Notes: generated by a model not told the origin, from the letters alone. Shown: positions 1 through 12,950, numbered from the stretch's first letter. The stretch is DNA of 64,000 bases from Paraphysomonas bandaiensis (GCA_965644295.1 CBFFRP010000425.1:62001-126000); one strand, 5' to 3'. Translations and numbers: made by a program.

Positions 1-1992
1 GGCACACTCCTGGAAAGTGTCCAAACACACCAGAGTTCCACTTGAAGTACCAACAAGAAGTGCTTCATCCACATTCAAGGGCGAAGGATTGCCACGCATA
101 TCTTTACTTGTCAACGCAGAACGTAAGGCAGAAAGTGACATCCCATCAGTCAGTGCCAAACATAGCGGTAAATCACTCCCTATAGACCCCACGTATATCT
201 CACGAAGCAGCACGCACATTGGACTTTTCGTACAGAAAATACGTATGCCGCCACTCTCAAGAACACAGAAGAGAAGCTGCTGAAATACACTCATAGTGTA
301 TGTACGCACACCATCCACTAGTGCCTCCGGGTCGACACGAGATTTTACCGTTCCATCTAAAGCAAGTATCTGACACAAAACATTTAGAAAATATAGCATG
401 CATGTATTCTCTTAACCACCTGCATATCATGCCCAGCAAACGCGACAGTACATCGGTTCTCAAGATCTACCATTGGCTCATTCGTGGCTGCCTCGTCTTC
501 ATCCGCGCTACTTTCAGCAGGGTCATTCACGGGAGTATCTTCCCGTATTAGCGCTGTACCTCTACTACCTGTGCGAGCTGTGGTAGGTATACTGCTGGGC
601 ACTCCTAACAGAAGCGACCCATCTGTGCCTGCAGTATCTACTCGGGTAGTAGTAGTAGTAGCCGGGCGCGACTCTTTTCCCTTGTCGCCTGACTCACTTC
701 GGTCTTCTCCAATCTCGTCGAAGAAGTCATCCTCTGAATACCTAATTCGTCTATTGCGCAAGAAACCCACATCTAGCATGCTCTCGAACATATTTAGCGA
801 TACAATGTCAGACGCGCACACACCAAACTCTGTACAGCACGATTCAATGCGCCACATAGACATATCTCCATTGGGATGGGAAAATAGGCATACTGGACTG
901 TGTTGATAGCGACTCAGCTTGAACTGAGCCACTCCTTCATCTAAGTGAATCGACTGCAATTGTGTGAACGACTCCAAGTCGAACACCTTTATGTAACCAT
1001 CTAGTGCTGCGGTAATGAGCATCCCAGGAGAAGGATGAACACATAATCCCGTGACCGCTTTCGAATGGGCATTAAAAGAATGCAACATCGAGTGCTTAGC
1101 CTGATTAGAGGACTGCTCGTGGGCGTTGGCACGTGGAGCCCAACACCTAACAACTCCTCTGGAGCATGAAGTGATATAGAATTGATCCGCAGCATACCAA
1201 CATGCGCAGGTAATAGGAGACTCATGGATATCCTCCAATCGGACCTACGAGACATATAAAAATCTAGATAACCACTTTGTGTCATTGCTACCTTGACGGC
1301 CCGCCTTCGAAAGTCTAACACCGATAGGGACTGCTCGGATATTGCGTAGACCCTGTTGTTGGACGGCTCATACAGCATTTTGGTTACCCATTCAGTACAC
1401 CCCTCAAAGTTGAATAACTTTTCAAGAACAAACGACCCTACGGTTGAGTAATTACGCGACATACGCCACACAGACACCCCTAAGATTTTAATATTATAAC
1501 TTTCCCTAGATTATTCCAGTACACTCACCCCCTGCACCCGATAAAATCAATATATCCCGATCTTTATCATATTCACAATCCAAAATTACTCTTTCCTCAT
1601 GATGAATAGATTCGATCAAATTAAAACTGCTGTCGTATATCCTAAACGCCATATCCAGTGATGGTCCAAAGAACACTACGATAACAATTATATACGAAAC
1701 AGAAATATTCATCTAAGCTACCATTAAGTTTAGTAATATGTACAAAGCAACTAATAAACGATTGCTGACTCTTCGGGAACTTTATTACTTTACTAATAAA
1801 ATCGTTTTCCCAGAGGTATATTCCCTTCACGTCCCAACTCAGAAGCTGCTGCTTCCTTTTAGTGATACCCAGCCCGTCCTCAACCATATTCACTATATCA
1901 AACCCACGAACATGACGCCCGTGACCACTAAATGTTTTCAATACTTGAAAACCATCTTGAATGGTTTGTCCAACTCCACTGTTCAATGGCAT
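1..1992 (-). CDS. WD40-repeat protein (WDR87/WDR97-like), spliced, 3' part runs off the window
   Basis: ATG at 1992. Successive ORF pieces (1642-1992, 1506-1712, 1001-1477, 384-1238) are joinable at GT-AG introns. WD motifs TFSGHGRHVRG, IHESPITCACW, HSKAVTGLCVHPSPGMLITAALDGYIKVFD. Confidence 0.75.
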
Positions 1993-2830
1993 TTCTTAAT
2001 TATCTACTCGATAGTCCTGTTAGTGCGTACAGTGCATCATATCATGCAACTAAATTACTGCTTAGTGCACATGACTGCAGCTCATTAACTCATATGGTAA
2101 CTAGACAATATACACAGCTAGATTGAGGTATATAATCTCAAGGAATTAACACGAGACGTTGCTTCTAAATGTTATCGTTATGTATGATAGAAGTCGCTGT
2201 CACACTGCTGTATGATATGCATGTATGTACAGACAGACATACAGACATACACTGCAGTGCACTTGTGTGTATAGGCAGGTGCTCTATATGTACAGTGTCT
2301 CAATAGCTTATTAAAAAGCCCAGAAGAAACTGCATATTTTCTATTATTAGAGTAATATCCGGGATTTACATTTATGTAGTGAAAGTCTTAAAAAAACGTT
2401 GTGTCATTATTTTTGTCCGATACTGTATGTATGTACACTCGTTGTAACGGTGAAAAACATAATTATCTGAGAAAATTCGATGTATATATCTACTTTCTGT
2501 ATAAACATGGGATATTTCATCAAAATATACTATAGAATATATAAACATGGCATTCTTGCGAAATATCATAAGAAATTGACCTAAAAATATGTGAAAAGCC
2601 AGTCACACACCATAATATACACAGCAGTACATGTATATGTATGGTGTTTGTACACCGCTGTATGTATCTATATCTGTATGTATCTGCATGTCATGGTGAT
2701 GGTATCATACAGCCAGATACGACTGTATGATATCAACCTGTGAGCGATATCTATACAGACGTACCATACACAACACTCCAAACTCTCATCTCAAAGAAAC
2801 TTGTGATAGAAACAGAAAGTGATCAATCTA

Positions 2831-4658
2831 ATGACAACTCATGCATCTATTGGCATCCATGATATTGGTGGAAAACTTGAATACGAACCCATTGACACTC
2901 GAGACCATCCGTTGCATTACTGGGAGCAGAGTATACATGCATTACTTGTTCTATTATCTCAAAAATCTCCACCACTACTAACAACAGACGAATTACGCCG
3001 CGGTGTGGAGTGTTTAGAGAAACATGCATATGAGACATGGGGCTATTATGAGAGATGGTCAGCTGCAATGGCTAATATACTATTAGAGAGACGCGTACTG
3101 CAAGAAGACGAATTGAGTTATGAATTGGAAGGTCCATGTGAATCACATGATTCTCCACAGCGGAAGTTTTATCCTGGAGATGCTGTACAAGTGAGAGTGA
3201 CATAGTGAGTTTATTTCTACGTTAAGGTGTAACAGGTGCGCTCTGAAGATTCTCGAATTCGTTGGAGAAAGCCTCACTTGAGATGTCCCGGATATATATT
3301 TGGCTGCATTGGAAAAGTTGAGAAATATATAGGTGAATATTTTATGTCTCTCTATTTGAAGAACTGTAGTATAAGAATATGAATGACTAGTTTTGTATAG
3401 GTCTCTTTGACGACCCGTATCTTGCTGCTTATCGAGGAAGTGGGCCACAACAACACCTTTATAGTGTGAGTTTTGACAGACGTGATTTATGGCAAGAGGG
3501 AGGCGACGAGATTTCACAGGGGGATCGTATTACTGTGGAAGTTTATGAAGGATGGCTCATGCCCCCTGTTGTAGAGCCTGTGGAAAAGAGCAATACTTTT
3601 TTCTCCAGCAACAGAGGGGTCGGAGTTGTTGGTAGTGGAGGAAAAACAACAAGTGACGAGCACACTCACGCTGACGAGCACTCTCTAACTTCTAGTGACC
3701 CTGTTCAGAGCAATATACGCCACACTCTTGATCATGACCATGGACATGTTCATGAGTCGCGAGTGGTAGTAGAGTGCGAGGCGGTGGAAAAAGAATCACC
3801 GGACCCACCTGGAAAAATTGTCGGGGAGGCACTACTTCGAGCACTATATAAGAAAAACGTGGTCAATCCCGCGGATATAAGAGAAAAAGTGGGTAGAGTA
3901 ATACCATGCCTTCAGTCATACATTTGTTTTGTAATATAAATGTCTGATACAGGTACAGACTTTGGAGCAAATGTCTGAGCGTTTGCTTGGGGCTGACCTT
4001 GTGGTAAAGGCATGGATGGATAGCGAATTTCGTACTCGTTTGCTTAATGATGGTGATACTACAATTTTTTTTGTGTACTGACCTAATCTATTGATTTATT
4101 TTAGCACCACGTGCTGCCCTGGAAATCGGAATTCACACTTCCAATTCTAATGCCCCAACTGTTCTGCAGGTATACGATACACGAATCACCCAATGGTGTT
4201 AATTTCAGGGTATCTCACGAATTCTATTTATACAGGTTGTAGAATGTACGGAATCTGTTCATCACCTCGTAGTGTGCACTCTATGCAGCTGCTATCCGTC
4301 CTCTCTACTCGGCTTATCGCCTTCCTGGTATGTAATATCTGCGCCTTTTATTTTGTAGTACGAACTTTACAAAGTTTCCGTACTCACTCTCTATTATAGG
4401 TATAGAAGCAGAAGCTATCGATGCCGTGCTATCCGTGAGCCTCGTAAAGTTTTATCAGAATTTGGAACCAAGTTTGACTCTTCCGTTGCGATACATGTTC
4501 ACGACTCTACTGCAGATTGCAGATTTCTGGTACTTCCAATGAGACCTGGGGGTACAGAAGGCTGGACCGAGGATCAACTACGCGCGCTAGTCACTAGAGA
4601 TTCTATGATCGGTGTAGCACTAGCGAGAGATCCATTGACTGTCGATCATAAGTCATGA
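2831..4658 (+). CDS. Fused beta-(His-rich linker)-alpha nitrile hydratase, cobalt type; 7 exons, ~486 aa
   Basis: Exons 2831-3190, 3236-3332, 3401-3888, 3953-4052, 4105-4169, 4236-4327, 4400-4658 total 1461 nt in frame. Beta motifs [22 protein letters not shown]. Alpha motifs [19 protein letters not shown] (CTLCSCY at 4275-4295), [44 protein letters not shown]. Confidence 0.95.
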
Positions 4659-5780
4659 ATGTATCACAAACGTAATTATTGTGATTGATTGGAAATGCTT
4701 TTTGCACTTTGTAGAATATGTGATTCCAGTGACAAGTACTTGGAGAGTAATGAAGCTCCTGCACCATTGTGAATACATGGCTTGATAGTTTTGGTTATGT
4801 ACTGTAGATTAGTTAAATTTAACCTCGGGTAATAAGGAGGCTATATCATCGTTGCACGCTCGAAATTCTGAAGCGAGGGTGAGTTTTAAAGTTTGGACAC
4901 GCGACACGGGACGATACTCCTTATCCATATGTTAAATTGTAGCTTCCCCTGATGATGTTGACATTCTAATATCTAGGTTGTATAACTACTTGTAGCTTGC
5001 TTGATTTACGAGGAAATAGGTGTTATCTGATTAACGCTAAGAAAGCAAATGTAAAAATCGAAGTACTGTTTCAAATCAATGGTATCTACAGCAGCTTAGG
5101 GAATGGTAGCTGTACTAGACTAACAATATATCGAAAATTTCAATAACAAATGATGACCTCCAGTATAGAAGTTACTAAGGGAATAGCAACTGCGAGATAT
5201 TCAAATTCGTAAGTATAAGTGTGATGATGATTGTGAAAATGTGCATAAGTTGTATAGAGCACTTACTGTATTTGATGTAGCATATGAACTCTCCAGTAAT
5301 ATTCATGAAGCATTTCTTCGAAGTCCTAGTCATAAAGATAGTTCGCTTGCAGTGACATCATTATGATCTTCCATATCAGACGAAGGATGGAATCAAAATG
5401 AAGTGTTTAAAGATCCATGAAATCATAGCTACGCAAATTACAAATGTCTGTCAATATCATGGTAGAGATGTAGAGATAGATTCTGTTTGAAGCGAACATT
5501 AAAATAAGTGTCTACATTTACCTGTATTAGCGTTTTGTTGGGCCCGACTCAAGTAAAAAAGACACTTTTTAAGACGAAATGGGGATAAATATTTTACCTC
5601 TAATCACATTACAATGTTGTAGTATTAGACGAACAATCTGGAATGCTAAACGTGCTTTTCAACAAACAACGTAGTAAACACATTCACAGTCATTTCATAC
5701 TGATATTTCCTTGTTAGATAATAATATTACGACATTGAAATCGAATCCATACTCGATAATCTACTTTTCTTAGACAATAG

Positions 5781-6404
5781 TTACTTCTTAAATACTACAC
5801 ACAAATTATTTGCAGGCATTTCTGTAACAGAGTCCAAACTGAATCCACCTAGTTCACTAGCTGTCTCATGTACTAATTCCAAGTCGCGTACACCCCATTC
5901 TGAGTTGCGACTTTGTAGGCTTTTGTCAAAGGCGACGTTGCTCTCAACCATAGATCCTCGTACACGGTATGGACCGTATAGGAGGACCATGCCACCAGGT
6001 CGGAGCACTGCGCCAGCATTCCGAAACAGGGCTTTCGTGCAGCTAAAGGGTGATATATGAATCATATTAATACAAATCACAATGTCAACATTATTGTTTG
6101 CCATATCTGTCGGAAGAATATCACTACAGAGTGATTCAACATTAATATTTAACGGCCGGAAGACATGCGGCAAACTCTCATTCCAACTCGTTATGGATTC
6201 GATCATATCAGAGTCAGGCTCAGTGGGCTGATAACGACAGTTAGGTATATTAGATGCAAAGTGAGCCGCGTGTTCTCCAGTACCCGAAGCAACCTCCAGT
6301 ATATTGAGAGGCGTATCGGCTCTCTCTCGCAGTGAATCACAGCACTTACGGAGAACATCAAGGATAGGTGCTTTATTGCGAGATGCTGGACCACAGGCTT
6401 TCAT
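5781..6404 (-). CDS. DUF938 SAM-dependent methyltransferase (METTL26-like)
   Basis: Likely start MKACGPASRNKAPIL at 6404; the ORF extension upstream is simple sequence. Motifs LEVASGTGEHA, INMIHISP, LYGPY, SNVAFDKSL.SRN.EWGVRD, MPANN. Confidence 0.9.
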   Translation of the reverse strand: MKACGPASRNKAPILDVLRKCCDSLRERADTPLNILEVASGTGEHAAHFASNIPNCRYQPTEPDSDMIESITSWNESLPHVFRPLNINVESLCSDILPTDMANNNVDIVICINMIHISPFSCTKALFRNAGAVLRPGGMVLLYGPYRVRGSMVESNVAFDKSLQSRNSEWGVRDLELVHETASELGGFSLDSVTEMPANNLCVVFKK

Positions 6405-6812
6405 GTTGGATAGTGTGTGTGTAGATGTCAGAGGAGAGGATGGGATTGTGCTGTAGAGATATGGCTGTATGTATGTATGCTGTGCAGTATCCTGTCGAAC
6501 AGTATACAGGTACACGTCAGCAGGATGCATACGTACACAGTGTAGTGCGTGTACATGCTCATAGAACACTGTACCACACTGCACGGGTAATACAGAAGTA
6601 CGTGTTTGTCTATATAGAATGCTGCTGAAGACGTGTGTATGGTATACAGAACTCTGTATACGTATGTATACATGTAACAATATGTCGTGCAGAGTCATAC
6701 TCTGTATACAGAGGAATACATATAATATCATATCGCAACACTGGAGTGGATATTATGATTTGCATCATGGTTCAGCTATTCCATTTTGTGTCATGATAGA
6801 ATGGAATACGAC

Positions 6813-6853
6813 TAGGGATAGGGATAGGTATAGGGATAGGTATAGGGATAGGG
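6813..6853 (+). repeat. (TAGGGA/TAGGTA)n G-rich hexamer repeat
   Basis: tagggatagggataggtatagggataggtatagggataggg read directly; five GGG tracts. Confidence 0.9.
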
Positions 6854-7328
6854 TCGTCCTAATTGAAAATAGCCGAATTATGATAAATAGAGACATTGAG
6901 ACATGTACACGACGAGCTTTACAATACTACAGTTCGTATACATTGTATACAATGTATTCTGTTGAACGGTCTGTTGTTCTTTCTCAGTTTTCAAAAAAAT
7001 ATGACTGTTTTCTCGCATCACATATGAAAAACTATGTTTTCTTGTCACATCATAAAAACCTGTGATTTATAGAAGAAAATGAGGTATTTTGGGGGATTTC
7101 TGATGGCTTAAAATTGCAGTATTGACTGTTATGAGCAGCGAGCATTAACAGCAGGGTGTATATATGTATGTACATTACAATCCTATTGAGGTGTGAAGAA
7201 GCATTAAACTAAACAATCAAAGAGCTTATTACTGACATGTGTCCGCAAGATATGCATCGCTATAACTAACTGTCAGGCTGCTTATATACATAACGAATCG
7301 TTCCGCTGCTGTGTTTCGATAGAATTAA

Positions 7329-10300
7329 ATGGCAGTTGCTTGCAACGCTATTAAACATTCCATTCAATTGCATGTAATACCAGACATTGATTCATCTAAT
7401 GTGATCTGCAGTGTTCATGATGATGAATCCATTCTTGTCACTCAGAGGAAGGGATTGTGGTTAAAGTGTCACACACGCACTGTGTCTGGTTGGGCTCATT
7501 GTACGACACTCATTCCTGCGCATCTTCCTGCAACTTTTGTTGTAAATGATACTCTTCCGAAGGATGCAATGATTCGTCTGCGCACAGAACCAGTGGAAAT
7601 CGACAGTACTGTGGGAAATACTGTCTGCCCTGGCACGATTGTTACTGTGCTTGAAGTACAACCAGACTGGCTAAAGCTGCGAGTTAACGACGGTATTGCT
7701 TGGCTGAAAAGACAGGCGGGGAACATCCCCTTAGCTATTCCTGTTGTTCCTTCTTTGTATTATAAGAGTTCTGTGCTCCCTTCTGGCTGTGGCCTACGCC
7801 TTCGAAACGGCCCCTATGACGATGCTAGTGTGTCCCGAGTAAGTGAAAAAGATCACTACCTGGTTGTAGAGCGACGTGGCGGATGGGTTCGGGTCCTACA
7901 CTCTCCCAGAACTGATGACGAGGAATGGATGCTGACAAGCGCTGCGGACGGAACGGTTTTACTTTCACCAGCACCAGAGGGTGAAGAAGTGGGATTGATG
8001 TGCCTAGAGGCCTCACTTCCAGTTGAGGCCACAGTTCGAGTGCGCGAGCATCCAAGTGCAACTGCAGAGGAGGTGCGGCGAATAGGATATTATGATATTT
8101 TACCCGTCGTAAAAATAGAAGGGAATTGGGCATCTGTACTCTCTGACGCCTACACGGGCTATATAATGATGGCATCTGAAGAAACAATAATCCTCCAAAA
8201 ATTAGATCCGAACTCCGTGAAACATACAAAGACAGCAAACAGTGAGGACATAGTGTACTCCACTAAAAGTAGTGAACAAACCACTGCAATAACGGATAGC
8301 CTCGCACGACCCTCGCATCATCAGGAAACACAGCAAGATGAACCACCTAGAAGCAATGCATTTGATGATACACGTAAGTCACGTATGCTCCATGATATGT
8401 ATATGTTGTAATTGGTAGCTATTGTAGCTCTCCCTACGCAAGCATCGAATCATCAGGAAACACAGCACGATGAACCACCTAGAAGCAATGCATTTGATGA
8501 TACACGTAAGTCACGTATGCCCCGTGATATGTATATGTTGTAATTGGTAGCTATTGTAGCTCTCCCTACACAAGCATCGAATCATCAGGAAACACAGCAA
8601 GATGAACCACCTAGAAGCAATGCATTTGATGATACACGTAAGTCACATACGCTCCATGATATGTATATGTTGTAATTGGTGGCTATTGTAGCTCTGCCTA
8701 CACAAGCATCGAATCATCAGGAAACACAGCAAAATGAACCACCTAGAAGCAATGCATTTGATGATACACGTAAGTCACGTATGCTTCGTGATATGTATAT
8801 GTTGTAATTGGTGGCTATTGTAGCTCTCCCTACACAAGCATCGAATCATCAGGATACACAGCAAAATGAACCACCTAGAAGCAATGCATTCGATGATACA
8901 CGTAAGTCACATATGCTTCGTGATATGTATATGTTGTAATTGGTGGCTATTGTAGCTCTCCCTACGCAAGCATCGAATCATCAGGAAACACAGCAAGATG
9001 AACCACCTAGAAGCAATGCATTTGATGATACACGTAAGTCACATATGCCCCACGATATGTATATGTTGTAATTGGTAGCTATTGTAGCTCTCCCTACACA
9101 AGCATCGAATCATCAGGAAACACAGCAAGATGAACCACCTAGAAGCAATGCATTTGATGATACACGTAAGTCACGTATGCTTCGTGATATGTATATGTTG
9201 TAATTGGTGGCTATTGTAGCTCTCCCTACACAAGCATCGAATCATCAGGAAACACAGCAAGAAGAACCACCTAGAAGCAATGCATTTGATGATACACGTA
9301 AGTCACGTATGCTCCATGATATGTACATGTTGTAATTGGTAGCTATTGTAGCTCTCCCTACACAAGCATCGAATCATCAGGAAACACAGCAAGATGAACC
9401 ACCTAGAAGCAATGCATTTGATGATACACGTAAGTCACATATGCTCCATGATATGTATATGTTGTAATTGGTGGCTATTGTAGCTCTCCCTACACAAGCA
9501 TCGAATCATCAGGAAACACAGCAAGATGAACCACCTAGAAGCAATGCATTTGATGATACACGTAAGTCACATATGCTCCATGATATGTATATGTTGTAAT
9601 TGGTGGCTATTGTAGCTCTCCCTACACAAGCATCGAATCATCAGGAAACACAGCAAGATGAACCACCTAGAAGCAATGCATTTGATGATACACGTAAGTC
9701 ACGTATGCTTCGTGATATGTATATGTTGTAATTGGTGGCTATTGTAGCTCTCCCTACACAAGCATCGAATCATCAGGAAACACAGCAAGATGAACCACCT
9801 AGAAGCAATGCATTTGATGATACACGTAAGTCACATATGCTTCGTGATATGTACATGTTGTAATTGGTAGCTATTGTAGCTCTCCCTACACAAGCATCGA
9901 ATCATCAGGATACACAGCAAGATGAACCACCTAGAAGCAATGCAATTGATGATACACGTAAGTCACATATGCTTCGTGATATGTATATGTTGTAATTGGT
10001 AGCTATTGTAGCTCTCCCTACACAAGCATCGAATCATCAGGAAACACAGCAAGATGAACCACCTAGAAGCAATGTATTTGATGATACACGTAAGTCACAT
10101 ATGCCCCGTGATATGTATATGTTGTAATTGGTGGCTATTGTAGCTCTCCCTACACAAGCATCGAATCATCAGGATACACAGCAAGATGAACCACCTAGAA
10201 GCAATGCATTTGATGATACACGTAAGTCACGTATGCTTCGTGATATGTATATGTTGTAATTGGTGGCTATTGTAGCTCTCCCTACACAAGCATCGAATCA

Positions 10301-12950
10301 TCAGGATACACAGCAAGATGAACCACCTAGAAGCAATGCATTTGATGATACACGTAAGTCACATATGCTCCACGATATGTATATGTTGTAATTGGTAGCT
10401 ATTGTAGCTCTCCCTACACAAGCATCGAATCATCAGGAAACACAGCAAGATGAACCACCTAGAAGCAATGCATTTGATGATACACGTAAGTCACATATGC
10501 CCCGTGATATGTATATGTTGTAATTGGTAGCTATTGTAGCTCTCCCTACACAAGCATCGAATCATCAGGATACACAGCAAGATGAACCACCTAGAAGCAA
10601 TGTATTTGATGATACACGTAAGTCACGTATGCTCCATGATATGTATATGTTGTAATTGGTAGCTATTGTAGCTCTCCCTACACAAGCATCGAATCATCAG
10701 GAAACACAGCAAGATGAACCACCTAGAAGCAATGCATTTGATGATACACGTAAGTCACATATGCTTCGTGATATGTATATGTTGTAATTGGTGGCTATTG
10801 TAGCTCTCCCTACACAAGCATCGAATCATCAGGAAACACAGCAAGAAGATTTACACCGTGGGGTACCATTGGGAAGCAATGCATTCGATGATAAACGTAA
10901 TTTAATTTTTCGAACATGACCTGTGTTAAGTGTTGTTCTCCCAACAGCTCTTCCTAGCACCCATGTGGATGAAGAGGGTAACATATCCATGGGTAAGATA
11001 TGCATATGTATAGTGTGTTGTGACATAGTATCCAGAAGCCATCATTGCAGAAGAACTTCCATCAGAAGCTGGCCCTTATGGAAACATTTTGAATCTCCTT
11101 AACAGCTTTGTACGTGTCGTTATTAAGTTGTGAATTATTGTGACTGAAGTGTTGATACCATAGAGCTCACAAGAACAGATTGAAGGACTTAGACTGCTAC
11201 TTGGGTCGGTTACGTCTTACTGCAAAGGTGTCGGTGCTGATATTAAGAAGGCCCGAGAAGTATTTTCTGCTCTAGGTAGGTGTTGGTAAAATGTGCTACT
11301 CACGTTATGACTCTTGTATATTAGTTTCTGGCCTCTGTAGCTGTCTACAAGATGCAAACAGTCAAGTGATCGAGGAATCCGTGAAAACGCTGCTAGATAT
11401 ACAAGCCATAAACGATAAAGTTGAAGGTGCAATCATAGATACTACAGATGCCAGTACCATTTCGGGAATAATTGCTTCAAAACTCTTTGCGAATAAGACA
11501 TCAGATATTTTGCAAGACGTGTTCAAGAGTGCAAGTGAATTTCTCAGAGTATGCACCTTATCATGTCTCGTACGTCATTTGAGTGTTAACTTCGCATGTA
11601 TAGCGTTTTCCGATTGAGGTCCTTCCGCTTTTTTCTCATAGCTTACTCTCTAGAAATCCACACAGTGTGCTCCATGCCGTACAGTTACTACACAGCGCAG
11701 TAGGGGACGCATTGACTGCACAGAATATCAGTGACGATGAGCGCAATCCTCTTCTCTCAGAGTTTTTTCAAAGCCTTCTCTTCGTAATTTCTAATTCCAA
11801 GGTAGATTGTGTGTGTCAAGTGTGTTGCTGTGGTAACATGATTGTAGCCAAAAATGAGATCTTTGGCACTAAAGACATTGTCAAAGTCGTCGGCAGAGTG
11901 GCCCGAAGATATGAAGAGTATACTTCAAGGCGAGTTTGGGGATGTAGACGAAAAGCTCTTACAGCACCCTCAGGTGATGAATATTGTGATATTTGAAGTA
12001 GTATTAAGTTGTTGGTTGTTATCGTGCAGGTTGTTTGTTTATGTGCTACACTTGTCCGTGAAACCAAACGAACTGATGAATCTGTGGCCCTTGAAAGTAC
12101 ATCATCTGCACTTGGGAAAAGTGAAGATTCCCATTCTTCCCCGTCTGCTTCGGTGGCACGGTATCAGGTAGACGAAGCGCCTAAAAAGGGTGAAAATATT
12201 CATGAACCTCATTTGAGCCTAACAAAAGGAAGTGAATGTGCCGACGAGGAACCTCGGTTGCCTTCGGCTGCAGTTAATCGTACTCCTGTCAAAAGTTGTG
12301 AGGTAGTGGAGAGACCGGAGGTGCGATTCACACCGACGAATAGAAGTGAATGCGCCGAAGACGAGCCTCGATTTCCTGTCAAAAGCTGTGAGGAAGTGGA
12401 GACAACGGAGGTGCGGCACACACCATCTCCAACCCCCTTGGCAGAGGCGAATGTTGGTGCTTCGACAGTGGAACCCACATCACCACTCTTAGATGATATG
12501 TTCATTAGCTCATTTAAAGAATTGTTGGATAAGGAAGGGCAATCTGTGGATCTCACTCTCCCACTCTCGGATGATGAAGTTGCAAGGTTTGCATCTGGCT
12601 GCGCTGATGACTTTGCTGCTTTGGACACCTACATGCAGCAGATTGCTCGTGGTGATCCAGTACAACCAAGCCCTGTGTTCACTTATCCACGACGTGAATT
12701 ATCGAATGAAACTGAACTTGACCTGTGTAATTCTATGAAACCGTACTTGGAAGCTGCGAAAATGCAGAGCCGTATTAGCAAGATGCAAGATGTATTATTT
12801 GGGTAAGTAGCCGCACAATATATGTGATTGTGATTTATCTCGGTGTTGCTATACGTACGTAGGACGTCTACATTGAGTAGTGATAAACACAATTCTGTGT
12901 CATACCAGCCGGTTGATGAAGTGGATAGAGGATATTTCAACTTCAAGTGA
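7329..12950 (+). CDS. Multi-exon uncharacterised protein: four SH3b-like domains, a 26-aa repeat tract encoded by tandem exons, a HEAT-like helical region and an acidic/Pro-rich C-terminal part
   Basis: Exon 1 (7329-8373) has four LRxxP...V.....W..V....GW/Y units typical of SH3_3/SH3b. The frame continues through the 78-nt exons, then 10804-10896, 10948-10992, 11036 onward, and ORFs 11291-11617, 11667-11996, 11854-12171, 12009-12806. The last exon ends at TGA 12948-12950. Domain names are by motif recognition only. Confidence 0.7.
8316..10896 (+). repeat. Tandem array of 132-bp units, each a 54-nt intron plus a 78-nt exon (19 introns, 18 complete exons, one diverged 93-nt terminal exon)
   Basis: Period is 132: identical text at 8341, 9001, 9661 and 10321 (5 units apart). 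Introns GTAAGT...TTGTAG start at 8374+132n up to 10750. The exon encodes PLPTQASNHQETQQDEPPRSNAFDDT. Confidence 0.95.

Noticed and set aside
6405-6731. N-terminal extension of the methyltransferase ORF
   Set aside because: Low-complexity upstream sequence; family similarity starts at the ATG at 6404.
8316-10896. CRISPR array
   Set aside because: No unique spacers; whole 132-bp units are near-identical, carry splice signals, and sit in a eukaryotic gene with no cas genes nearby.
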